A stretch of DNA of 63,913 nt, counting the filler. It is 6 parts of 6 records of this genome, joined end to end, with 100 filler letters (N's around TTAATTAATTAA, not from the genome) between each part and the next. Parts side by side here need not be neighbours in the genome. Positions count along the whole stretch, not along the records: positions 19,592 to 42,251 come from SRR20825010_6341; 5 more parts are not named here. One strand, written 5' to 3'. The position numbers and the translations under genes were made by a program. The notes under the pieces are model-generated. The model saw only the letters and a program-made list of their open reading frames with translations. It searched no databases and had not been told where the DNA came from. Positions 20,628 to 28,968 of the stretch are shown one piece after another. The stretch's first letter is position 1. The number at the start of each line of letters is the position of its first letter.

Positions 20628-22430
20628 TTAACGCCGGCGAATCAGACCTGTTATGGCAAGCAGACTGATGAGTAATCCGGGTAGACTTCCGCCTCCGCCC
20701 CCGGAGCTGCCGGCAGCCGCATTGGTTGGAGCGGGAGACGAACTCGTGTTGCAGATATCCAGATCCTTTCGGCTGAAATCCAATTCCATATTGTCGGTTA
20801 GCACGGAGCCAATAGCAGCGCCGTCGCTGTTGATGACTTCAAGGGTGACAGTTTCCATGGTGTCAGGCGTAGCAGAAACGGTGACAAGGTAGCTCAGATT
20901 GTCCATGGCGGCGACAATACCGGTGTCACATTTAAGCTCCCGGTCGGTGGCGGTGACAGTGAGCATGCATGAGCCTGATGCGGTTTCGGTTTGGAAAGCA
21001 AGTTCCTGATCCCAGCGAGCAGTGACTTGCGTTTCTTTGGCATCTATAAGGCTGGAGTTATTGGTCAGTGTGACTTCGAAACGTATTTGATTCTGTTCGC
21101 CGTTTTGTTTGAGACATACCGGCTCGCCTGTAATTGCCAGTTCTGGCTGACCAAAAACAAGTGTTACCTGCCCACGGTTATCGATCCGATGGTAGTCGGT
21201 TTGTGTACCCATTGAGACATGGGTATCCAGAGTGACCGTGACATTGTTTCGGTTTATGCTGTCCGTGGCAGTCAAGGTAAATGTTTGGTTGGCGCCTGCA
21301 GCAACTGAATTGTCCGGGTATGTGCACCGGAACAAAGTTGCAGTATCTACCTGACAGTCGAGACTGCTCTCAGTCGTGCTAATCTGCAGGTCGCTGGGAT
21401 GGGTAATTGAGAAGGAAAGCTCTTCAGCCGCATTGCGAGTACTGATATTGCTCACCGTTACTTCAAAATCCACGGTTTGAAAACCTTGGAATACGGTGGT
21501 CGCATCCGTTGATGTAATATTCGCCACTGCAGCTCCTGTATCGGCAGTGGTTTCTTCAATCCAGTCGAGGAACTCGCTCACGCGAGTGTAAACACCGGGG
21601 AGAGATGCATCCCCGCATTCGTAACCAAAACTGGTTATGCCAACTTGAGGGCTGTCATCAAGCGTTGCTGCCTGAAAATACAGCGGCCCACCACTATCTG
21701 CCTGACAGGAGTCTTCTCCAAAATCGTCTGCCAGGTCCGGAGCGGTCTCGTTGGCGCACACCATTGTGCTGTAGATCGGATCTCCCATAATGGTGTAGAG
21801 CGTCTGGCATTGCGCGTTGGTGATATAGTCCAAGGCTACCTCCTGGAGTGCCAGAGTGTAGACCGGATCGTTGCCGTTATAGCCCACAACACCCCAGCCA
21901 AGGGCTAAGACTGCCTCATTATAGGTGGAGTTTTCCAATAGACTGTCGGTGTGGCCAGTGGATAAAACACCAGTGTTGATTGTCGTTAGACTGGTGTCTG
22001 CTGGCTCGGATAGCTTGATCAGGGCAATGTCATTGCGGTTGGTTTGATAGTTATAAAGAGGATGGATAAATACATCTTCCACAGAAAGAAGTAGTGGGCT
22101 GTTGAGTGGAATGTCCAGCGTATGACTGCCTGCCAATACTTCGATATTGCTGGGAGATTCTTCGTCGAAACCATCACTAAGACAATGCGCTGCAGTCAGC
22201 ACCCACTCTGCAGATAAGAGCGTCCCCCCACAATATTGAGCCTGAAAAACAGGTTTTTCCGCCCCGTTGGTATCGGCTGCTGTTTTTGTTGATACATCAA
22301 TAAGTGCGACCAGGGTATGCCAGCTTGTGTTGGCATCTTTTCCGCCAACAATGCGAGGAGCTGGACTGCTGGCGAAGACCGTTTGACTGACAAGCAGTGT
22401 TAGAAACGCGATAAAAGCTCTGTATATCAT
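20628..22430 (-). CDS. Secreted trypsin-like (S1) protease with GlyGly-CTERM anchor (paralog 1)
   Basis: Signal peptide, RIVGG, LTAAHC, NDIAL, DSCQADSGGPL, PGVYTRV; C-terminus GSSGGGGGS-hydrophobic-RRR. Confidence 0.9.
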   Translation of the reverse strand: MIYRAFIAFLTLLVSQTVFASSPAPRIVGGKDANTSWHTLVALIDVSTKTAADTNGAEKPVFQAQYCGGTLLSAEWVLTAAHCLSDGFDEESPSNIEVLAGSHTLDIPLNSPLLLSVEDVFIHPLYNYQTNRNDIALIKLSEPADTSLTTINTGVLSTGHTDSLLENSTYNEAVLALGWGVVGYNGNDPVYTLALQEVALDYITNAQCQTLYTIMGDPIYSTMVCANETAPDLADDFGEDSCQADSGGPLYFQAATLDDSPQVGITSFGYECGDASLPGVYTRVSEFLDWIEETTADTGAAVANITSTDATTVFQGFQTVDFEVTVSNISTRNAAEELSFSITHPSDLQISTTESSLDCQVDTATLFRCTYPDNSVAAGANQTFTLTATDSINRNNVTVTLDTHVSMGTQTDYHRIDNRGQVTLVFGQPELAITGEPVCLKQNGEQNQIRFEVTLTNNSSLIDAKETQVTARWDQELAFQTETASGSCMLTVTATDRELKCDTGIVAAMDNLSYLVTVSATPDTMETVTLEVINSDGAAIGSVLTDNMELDFSRKDLDICNTSSSPAPTNAAAGSSGGGGGSLPGLLISLLAITGLIRRR

Positions 22431-22536
22431 TGATTCCCTTCCCAAGGATCTGAATTTTCAAAGCGGTGATTTTATAAAATATACGAGAGGATCTCTGTCA
22501 GCCATTGACTACAAAATAAGAGCGCCAGTCAGGGAG

Positions 22537-22552
22537 TGTGATAAGTGTCACG
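22537..22552. promoter_or_regulatory. CRP/Vfr-like binding site
   Basis: TGTGA-TAAGTG-TCACG, one mismatch to TGTGA-N6-TCACA, about 105 bp upstream of the protease ATG. Confidence 0.5.
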
Positions 22553-22888
22553 TTTATTGAGTGTGCCTGATGAAAGAAGCGGAACGGTGAGATGAAGATG
22601 GGCCGCGGGTTAAAAGTGGTTTGTGCACGAGTGATATGGCAGAACACGTATGTGAGTCTGCGGTTATTGGTTCGGACGTGGGAAAAATAAGGGACACGCA
22701 TTAATTGGAGAGCCTTTTGCATTGAGCGAAGTAGATAGCTGATGTTTCGCTAATTTTTTGGCCAGTACGGTTGTGTCATTGAGAGGCAAAGAGACAACCC
22801 ATGATTCGTGCTCGCTTATATCCCATTTTCCTGCCTAGCCTGCGACACAACTTAAATCCTGCCGGCCCCTTTGCTTTTTCTCTGTTGA

Positions 22889-22914
22889 CTTGAAATCCCG
22901 AATTTGAGCGCCAT
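22889..22914 (+). promoter_or_regulatory. RpoH (sigma32)-like promoter
   Basis: CTTGAAA-N13-CGCCAT, ending about 30 nt upstream of the LLM gene start. Confidence 0.55.
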
Positions 22915-22945
22915 TCATAACGCTGGCGTTATGGGAGGATAAATC

Positions 22946-23947
22946 TTGTCTGCAAAAGTGCCGTTTTCATTACTGGAGCTCGCCTCCGTCCGCGAGGGCG
23001 ATACCGTGGGCGAGACGCTGGCCAACAGCGTTGCCTATGCCCGCCATGCGGAATCGCTGGGTTTTCAGCGGTTTTGGCTGGCGGAGCATCACAATATGCA
23101 GGGGATCAGCAGTGCCGCGACGTCGGTGTTGATCGGGCATATTGCCGGGGCGACCGAATCCATTCGGGTGGGGTCAGGGGGCGTGATGCTGCCGAACCAT
23201 CCGCCGCTGGTGATTGCCGAGCAGTTCGGGACCCTGGAGAGCCTCTATCCCCACCGCATTGATCTGGGCCTGGGCCGTGCACCGGGAACTGACCCGATGA
23301 CCAGCCGTGCCCTGCGTCGTGAAGGTCTGGGGGCGGAGCAGTTCCCCCAGGAGGTGGCGGAGTTGCAGCGTTTGCTGGGGCCGTTGGATGTGTCACGGGC
23401 TGTGAACGCGATTCCGGGAGCGGGCACTGAAGTACCGATCTGGCTGCTGGGGTCCAGTTTGTACAGCGCGCAGCTTGCCGCGCAGCGCGGGCTGCCCTAT
23501 GCCTTTGCCGGGCATTTTGCTCCGCGGCTGTACCGTGAGGCGCTGCGTATTTACCGGGATCAGTTTCAGCCCTCTGCCCAGCTGGACAGGCCCTATGCCA
23601 TGTTGACGGTACCTGCGGTGCCGGCGGATTCCGATGAGGAGGCCCAGTACCTGACCACCACCAGTTACCAGCGCATTCTTGCCCTGTTCCGAGGCCAGCC
23701 GTTATGGATGAAGCCGCCGGTGAAAAGCATGGATGGATTGTGGAATCCACAAGAGGAAGCAGGGGTAAAAGATTTCCTGGGCTTGCAGTTGCTGGGAACG
23801 GCAGCCTCCATGCAGGGACAACTGGATCAGTTGCTGGATTCGGTAGAGGTGGATGAGCTGATGGTGACGGTGGATCTGTATGATCCGGTGAAACGCCGCC
23901 ATGCGCTGGATATTCTGGCGGCGTTGGAGCAGTTTCAGGCGGTGTGA
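22946..23947 (+). CDS. Luciferase-like flavin-dependent monooxygenase (LLM class, YhbW-like)
   Basis: [49 protein letters not shown] and TTG start. Confidence 0.92.
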   Translation: MSAKVPFSLLELASVREGDTVGETLANSVAYARHAESLGFQRFWLAEHHNMQGISSAATSVLIGHIAGATESIRVGSGGVMLPNHPPLVIAEQFGTLESLYPHRIDLGLGRAPGTDPMTSRALRREGLGAEQFPQEVAELQRLLGPLDVSRAVNAIPGAGTEVPIWLLGSSLYSAQLAAQRGLPYAFAGHFAPRLYREALRIYRDQFQPSAQLDRPYAMLTVPAVPADSDEEAQYLTTTSYQRILALFRGQPLWMKPPVKSMDGLWNPQEEAGVKDFLGLQLLGTAASMQGQLDQLLDSVEVDELMVTVDLYDPVKRRHALDILAALEQFQAV

Positions 23948-23981
23948 TTGCGTCGCAACTGTTTACTGACAATCTGGGCGT

Positions 23982-24021
23982 CGGCTTACGGCTCGACCTA
24001 CGCTCAGCTGGGCAGGTAGGT
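23982..24021. repeat. Decayed REP doublet (family A)
   Basis: TCGACCTAC-N11-CAGGTAGGT has the same spacing as 19612-19640; lies between convergent genes. Confidence 0.6.
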
Positions 24022-24054
24022 TTGCTTCTCGGGAGGCTCGCCTCTTGGTGTGGG

Positions 24055-25983
24055 TTATTTCGGCGATGGTGTTAGCGGGTTGCCGAAGCGCTTCAGGTAT
24101 TCCTTGCCAATTTCAATTCCGCCCACGTTATTCAGGTGGCTTTCATCGCGGTAGAGCGGGATGCCGTTCAGGACGGTCTGGCAGCGTTCGTCATCGCACA
24201 GCACTTTTCTGGGGTTAATCCACTGCACGTCCGGGTAGCGCTGTTGGGCGGCTTGTTTGTACTGGTAGAAATTGCGTAGTGAGTCTTCCACGTCGGCCGC
24301 ACTAATAGAGCAATCGTCCATGTTTTTCAGCAGGCACTCTGCGTAGGAGGAGGACGGTAATTCGGGCACATCTTCCAGAACGATGACGGTGTGCCCCTGG
24401 TCTTTGAGCCAGCCGATGGTATCGACAAAATAAGCCTGGTAGGCATCGTGCTTGAGATAGGCACTCCACCAGGCGCCGATGAAGACTGTCATGGGGCGTT
24501 GGTTCAGAGTGTCGCTGATCGCCTGGTTGCGGGCTACTTTGGTCGGGTCGGCGGCCTGGGCTTTTTCCGCGATGGCCGGAGGCAGGAACGGGGTTGAGGC
24601 CCGGGTGACCATCAGCACGGAATAATTCGTGCCCTTGAGTAGCTGTTCGAGAAAACCGATCTGGGCAATGGCATGGGAATCGCCGATCAGCATGCTGTTA
24701 GACTGGCCGTTTTGGGGCTCAGCGCCGAACAGGCAGGCGTCGCTCTTGTTGAAGTCCACCGGGTCACCCTTGAAGCAGCGCTTGTAGAGGTCTGCCGGGT
24801 TGTTGTTGGCAATGATCTTGTACAGTTCGCGGCGCTCTTCGGGAATGCGGAAGCTGATGTCGTCGGCGATGCGGATGGTGGACTGGATCGCCCATATGCC
24901 GATCAGTGGCGCCAGAATAAAGATCAGGAACGACTTCTTGAAGCTCCATTCCCGGTGCCGGTAGCGGTTCTCCACGAAGCGAAAACTGAGCCAGGACAAG
25001 GCGACGATACCCACCATCAGCAGCAACCGGTTCAGCCATGTCAGCTCGATAAGCTGGTAGTGCATCAGCGCTACGGGCGGCCAGTGCCACAGGTACAGGG
25101 AATAGGAAATGCCGCCGAGGAAAACCATCACCGGCAGGCTCAATAGCCGTGCGATGAAGGTGCCGGGTTGATGCAGGCCGGCGTAGATGACCATGGCGGT
25201 GCCGAGGGTGGGCCACAGGGCGTTATAGCCGGGAAAGTGATCGTGCTTGGTGATCAACAGGGCGGTGGCCACGATCAGGGTCAGCCCGGTCAGTGCCAGG
25301 GTTTCGGCGCTGCCCCGGTTCAGGCGAGGCAACTGTTGGCTGAACAGTGCTACGCCGGTACCGAGCATGAATTCAAACAGGCGGGCGGGCAGTAGATAGT
25401 ACGCGGCCGCGGGGTGAGTGCTGGCCATATAGACCGATAACGCAAAGGTGGCCACCAGGGTAATACGGAATGGCCAGTGGGCGTTGCGGCCTTTGCCGAA
25501 GCGGTAGGCCAGGTACAGGGAGGCAGGCCAGAGCAGATAGAACTGTTCCTCCACGGCCAGCGACCAGGTATGCAGCAGGGAAAGCGACAGGGTTTCCGGA
25601 GCGAAATACTGGGTAAGCTCGTTGAAGTAGTAGAGGTTGCTCAGCCCGATCAGTGAGGCCATCCAGCTCTTGGCAAAAATGTAGTAAGCGTCGCCAATGT
25701 AGAACGGCGAAATCATCAGGAAGGTGACGGTGGAGACCAGCAGAAATACCGGGACGAGACGGCGGATGCGACGGGCGTAAAAATCGCGGAACCGGAAACT
25801 GTCTTTCTGGAAGGCGCGCTCCAGCAGCTGGGTGATGACGAAGCCGGAAATAACAAAAAAGACGTCGACACCGATAAAGCCACCGGTAATGCCGGGCACC
25901 TGGAAGTGGTACAGAATCACCAGGATGACGGCCAGTGCGCGCAGGCCTTCGATGTCGGCGCGATAACTTGGCTTGGCCTTCAC
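24055..25983 (-). CDS. Acyltransferase-3 (OafA/YrhL) with C-terminal SGNH domain
   Basis: YRADIEGLRALAV, GVDVFFVISGF, HTWSLAVEEQFY, SYSLYLWHWP, IGDSHA, YRDESHL. Confidence 0.93.
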   Translation of the reverse strand: MKAKPSYRADIEGLRALAVILVILYHFQVPGITGGFIGVDVFFVISGFVITQLLERAFQKDSFRFRDFYARRIRRLVPVFLLVSTVTFLMISPFYIGDAYYIFAKSWMASLIGLSNLYYFNELTQYFAPETLSLSLLHTWSLAVEEQFYLLWPASLYLAYRFGKGRNAHWPFRITLVATFALSVYMASTHPAAAYYLLPARLFEFMLGTGVALFSQQLPRLNRGSAETLALTGLTLIVATALLITKHDHFPGYNALWPTLGTAMVIYAGLHQPGTFIARLLSLPVMVFLGGISYSLYLWHWPPVALMHYQLIELTWLNRLLLMVGIVALSWLSFRFVENRYRHREWSFKKSFLIFILAPLIGIWAIQSTIRIADDISFRIPEERRELYKIIANNNPADLYKRCFKGDPVDFNKSDACLFGAEPQNGQSNSMLIGDSHAIAQIGFLEQLLKGTNYSVLMVTRASTPFLPPAIAEKAQAADPTKVARNQAISDTLNQRPMTVFIGAWWSAYLKHDAYQAYFVDTIGWLKDQGHTVIVLEDVPELPSSSYAECLLKNMDDCSISAADVEDSLRNFYQYKQAAQQRYPDVQWINPRKVLCDDERCQTVLNGIPLYRDESHLNNVGGIEIGKEYLKRFGNPLTPSPK

Positions 25984-26049
25984 GTGCGTCTCCCCGGTGT
26001 GCTGATCAGTAAACCGGGAAGAATAAAGGTGCGGTGACAGGCAGACAAG

Positions 26050-27738
26050 TCAGTTGCGTCGTCGGCGCACGCCCAGTATCAACGCCATGAGCCCCAACCA
26101 CTGTGACGCACCACCGCCCCCGCTGCTGCCACCTGCCGCTGTGTTAACGCTGGCGTTGTACTGCACGGTGATGTCGACTTCTGTGTCGGTGTCTCCAGGC
26201 AGGTCGCTCTGATCGGCGCTGGCGTTGAAGGTAAAGACCTGGCTGATGCCGGTGTCAGTGGTGAACTCCAGGGTCAGGGTCTGGCTTTGTTCCGGGTCGA
26301 GATCGCCGACAGGACAGAACACTGGATTGCCTTGTTGGCAGCCCAGTTCCGCGCCGTTGACCAGTTGAGTATTGGCGGGGAGCGCGAAGCTGAGGCCGGT
26401 GTTGGTGGCGGCATTCAGCGGAGAGTGATTGCTCAGGGTTAGCGTTAGCCTGGCTCGGGTGGGGCTGCTGGTCTGTTGGGCGGCGAACAGGGCCAGGTCA
26501 GGATTGTCGGAGAAGGCGATTTCCTGTACCCGGTCATCGTTGCGGCGGCGGTAGTCGTTTTCATCGGCGCTGGCGCTGAGCGTGAGGGTGACGACCTGGT
26601 CGGTGCCACTGCTGTCGGTTACCGCCACGCTGCCTGTGCGGGAAGCGCCTGCGGCCAGGCTGCTGGCCACGGTGCAGCGGGTAGCGGAGGCCAGGGCGCT
26701 GCAGCCGTTCCAGTCAAATCGGGCGCTGGTGGCCAGGCTGCCGTCGAGCGAGCGGCTCACGGTGGCGTTGGTGGCGGTATTGCTGGTGCTGTTGTTGCGC
26801 AGGGTAGCGGAGATGATTTGGGTGCCGTTCAGGGGTTGATAGTAGCGGGTCGTGTTGGCGCCATTGACGGTCATGTCCACCAGCGGTACTCCGCCCAGCG
26901 TGGTTAGCCGTTCGATCTCGGCGATTTCAGTGGTCACATGGTTGTACCCGGCCGGGGCGCCGGAAGCACAGTTTTCCAGGCCGAAGCTGGTCAGGCCCAC
27001 CAGCCAGGGGTTGGGTTCTTCGCCGATAAACAGGGGGCCGCCGCTGTCGCCGAAGCAGGTGTCCTGATTGATGCCGTTGATGGGGTTGAGCTCAGCGGCG
27101 CAGATGGTCGATGCCGGAATCGACAGGGTGGATAGCTCATTGCAGATCGTTCTGGGAATGTAATCCAGTTGCACCTCGCGCAGCCGTGTACTCAGGTTGC
27201 CGCTACCCGTCTGGCCCCAGCCCAGGGCAGTTACCGCTTCGTCACGTTGGCTCAACGAACGACTTTCCAACTCCGCAAAGGTGCCGCTGTCCGCGAGGCT
27301 TGGCCATTGGCTGTTGCTGGTGGCAGGAATGCGCAGCAGGGCAAGGTCGTGGGCAAAGGAAAAATTGTTGTAGTTCTGGTGGCGGTAAATACCCTCCACT
27401 GCGATGCGTCCGGGCTGGGGAAAGGTGCCTTTGCGTTCGGTTTCGCCGATATAAACGAACATGCGGTCGGCGGTGGCCAGGGCATCGTTCTGGTACTGGG
27501 TGCAGTGATGGGCCGTGAGCACCCAGCGCGGGCTGATCTGGCTGGCACCACAGAGCAAGTAACCGTTGTCTACATTGGGGTCGTCGATGGCGAGTTGTGC
27601 CATCCACGGCCAGAAGTCAGCGGGAGCCTGATTGCCGCCAACAATACGCGGGCTGGGGCCGTCGGCGGCGTGCAAGAGCATGCCCGTGGCGGTCAGCAGA
27701 CAGGCGAGCAGGGCTGCGAAAACGGTACGAAGGGGCAT
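26050..27738 (-). CDS. Secreted trypsin-like (S1) protease with GlyGly-CTERM anchor (paralog 2)
   Basis: RIVGG, LTAHHC, HDLAL, DTCFGDSGGPL; C-terminus GGSSGGGG-hydrophobic-RRRRN. Confidence 0.9.
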   Translation of the reverse strand: MPLRTVFAALLACLLTATGMLLHAADGPSPRIVGGNQAPADFWPWMAQLAIDDPNVDNGYLLCGASQISPRWVLTAHHCTQYQNDALATADRMFVYIGETERKGTFPQPGRIAVEGIYRHQNYNNFSFAHDLALLRIPATSNSQWPSLADSGTFAELESRSLSQRDEAVTALGWGQTGSGNLSTRLREVQLDYIPRTICNELSTLSIPASTICAAELNPINGINQDTCFGDSGGPLFIGEEPNPWLVGLTSFGLENCASGAPAGYNHVTTEIAEIERLTTLGGVPLVDMTVNGANTTRYYQPLNGTQIISATLRNNSTSNTATNATVSRSLDGSLATSARFDWNGCSALASATRCTVASSLAAGASRTGSVAVTDSSGTDQVVTLTLSASADENDYRRRNDDRVQEIAFSDNPDLALFAAQQTSSPTRARLTLTLSNHSPLNAATNTGLSFALPANTQLVNGAELGCQQGNPVFCPVGDLDPEQSQTLTLEFTTDTGISQVFTFNASADQSDLPGDTDTEVDITVQYNASVNTAAGGSSGGGGASQWLGLMALILGVRRRRN

Positions 27739-27742
27739 GAAG

Positions 27743-27793
27743 ACAGCCTTGTCATTGTTTGCGCTAGTTTAGCGCAAACAATGACAAGGCTGT
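27743..27793. repeat. Perfect 24-bp inverted repeat with 3-nt loop
   Basis: ACAGCCTTGTCATTGTTTGCGCTA-GTT-TAGCGCAAACAATGACAAGGCTGT, ending 4 nt before the protease ATG on the minus strand. Confidence 0.95.
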
Positions 27794-27842
27794 GTGAGTG
27801 CGTTGCGTGAGGCCTCGAGCATCAGGCGTTCGGCGTACTGGC

Positions 27843-28787
27843 TCAGTTCATCGGTGGCGCATGGGCCAGCCAGTGGTTGTCCTCTTCCGTGGTGCGGGCC
27901 ATGGACGTCTGCAGGTGAGAGAACGCCTGCTCCAGGGCCGCGTCGCCATCGGTCAGCGTCATCACGGCGGCACGCAGGCCCGGATGCCGGTCGCGTAAAT
28001 CATTGAGCAGCTGCTCGGCGGCGGCTGTGGCGGTGCAGGGCAGTAGCAGCGCCAGGTGTTGTTCATCGTAGCGAGCCGCCACATCGCTGCGGCGGATGCG
28101 CTGGGCGACCCGGTCGGCCAGGAGGGGCAGTTCGTTGTGCTGCACCAACGCCAGGGTCAGCGGCGAGGAAATGCGATCGTGCAGGGGCACCAGCCAGCCG
28201 GCGGTACTGACCAGCGCTTCGCGGCTGATGAAATCGGTATCCGGGTCGCGCCAGGTGGCTTCCAGTGCGGCACGGGAGAGGTGCTGGTTGCGCCAGATCA
28301 TCAAGCCGAAATAGAGCATGCAGGCGCTGAGTGCCGCCACCAGAAACAGGCTGGCAGAAGCCGTGGGCGCACTGGCATAGCTGAGTCGGATGGGCAGGAC
28401 GAAGGCCAGCACAATTTCCGCACCGATAAGCATGATCAGAAAACGTTTGAGACCGTGCAGCAGGCCGTTACTGAGCACAGCGATGAACAGCAGTGCCATG
28501 GTGGGAGGCGGATCCCCCGCATCCAGCAGCAGCACGATGCCCAGGGTGAGCAGGTCCAGTGCGGAGGCAAAGGCGTCGGCATTCACCGGGCGCCAGAACA
28601 GCAGCAGGAGCTGGATGCCGATATAGGCGCAAAACAGCAGCCACGGTGTCGCCTTGGGCAGGGTGAAGAAGAAATGGTCCGCATGGTGGAAATACATCAC
28701 GGCGAGACCGGCAAACAGGGCCCGCGCCAGATACTGCATCAGCACCACCCCCTGATCCGAGGTGATGCGGCTTGAGGTGTTCATCAT
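27843..28787 (-). CDS. Membrane protein with degenerate GGDEF-like domain
   Basis: Several TM segments, then RDPDTDFISREAL and RIRRSDVAARYDEQHLALLLP (GGDEF position replaced). Confidence 0.7.
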   Translation of the reverse strand: MMNTSSRITSDQGVVLMQYLARALFAGLAVMYFHHADHFFFTLPKATPWLLFCAYIGIQLLLLFWRPVNADAFASALDLLTLGIVLLLDAGDPPPTMALLFIAVLSNGLLHGLKRFLIMLIGAEIVLAFVLPIRLSYASAPTASASLFLVAALSACMLYFGLMIWRNQHLSRAALEATWRDPDTDFISREALVSTAGWLVPLHDRISSPLTLALVQHNELPLLADRVAQRIRRSDVAARYDEQHLALLLPCTATAAAEQLLNDLRDRHPGLRAAVMTLTDGDAALEQAFSHLQTSMARTTEEDNHWLAHAPPMN

Positions 28788-28968
28788 TGAGTCGATCCCG
28801 GGTTCATTAGGGGGCCTATGTTGCTGCACCATGGCAGCGGAATAAAGATGCCCGGCAGTGTAATCTTGTTAAAACTGTACGTTGAGATGAATTTGCCGGT
28901 CATGGTTTCGACCTGAAGAGTGAGTATTGTAGGCACCGGTGAATATTCCTGCACCGTAAGGAGGCACA

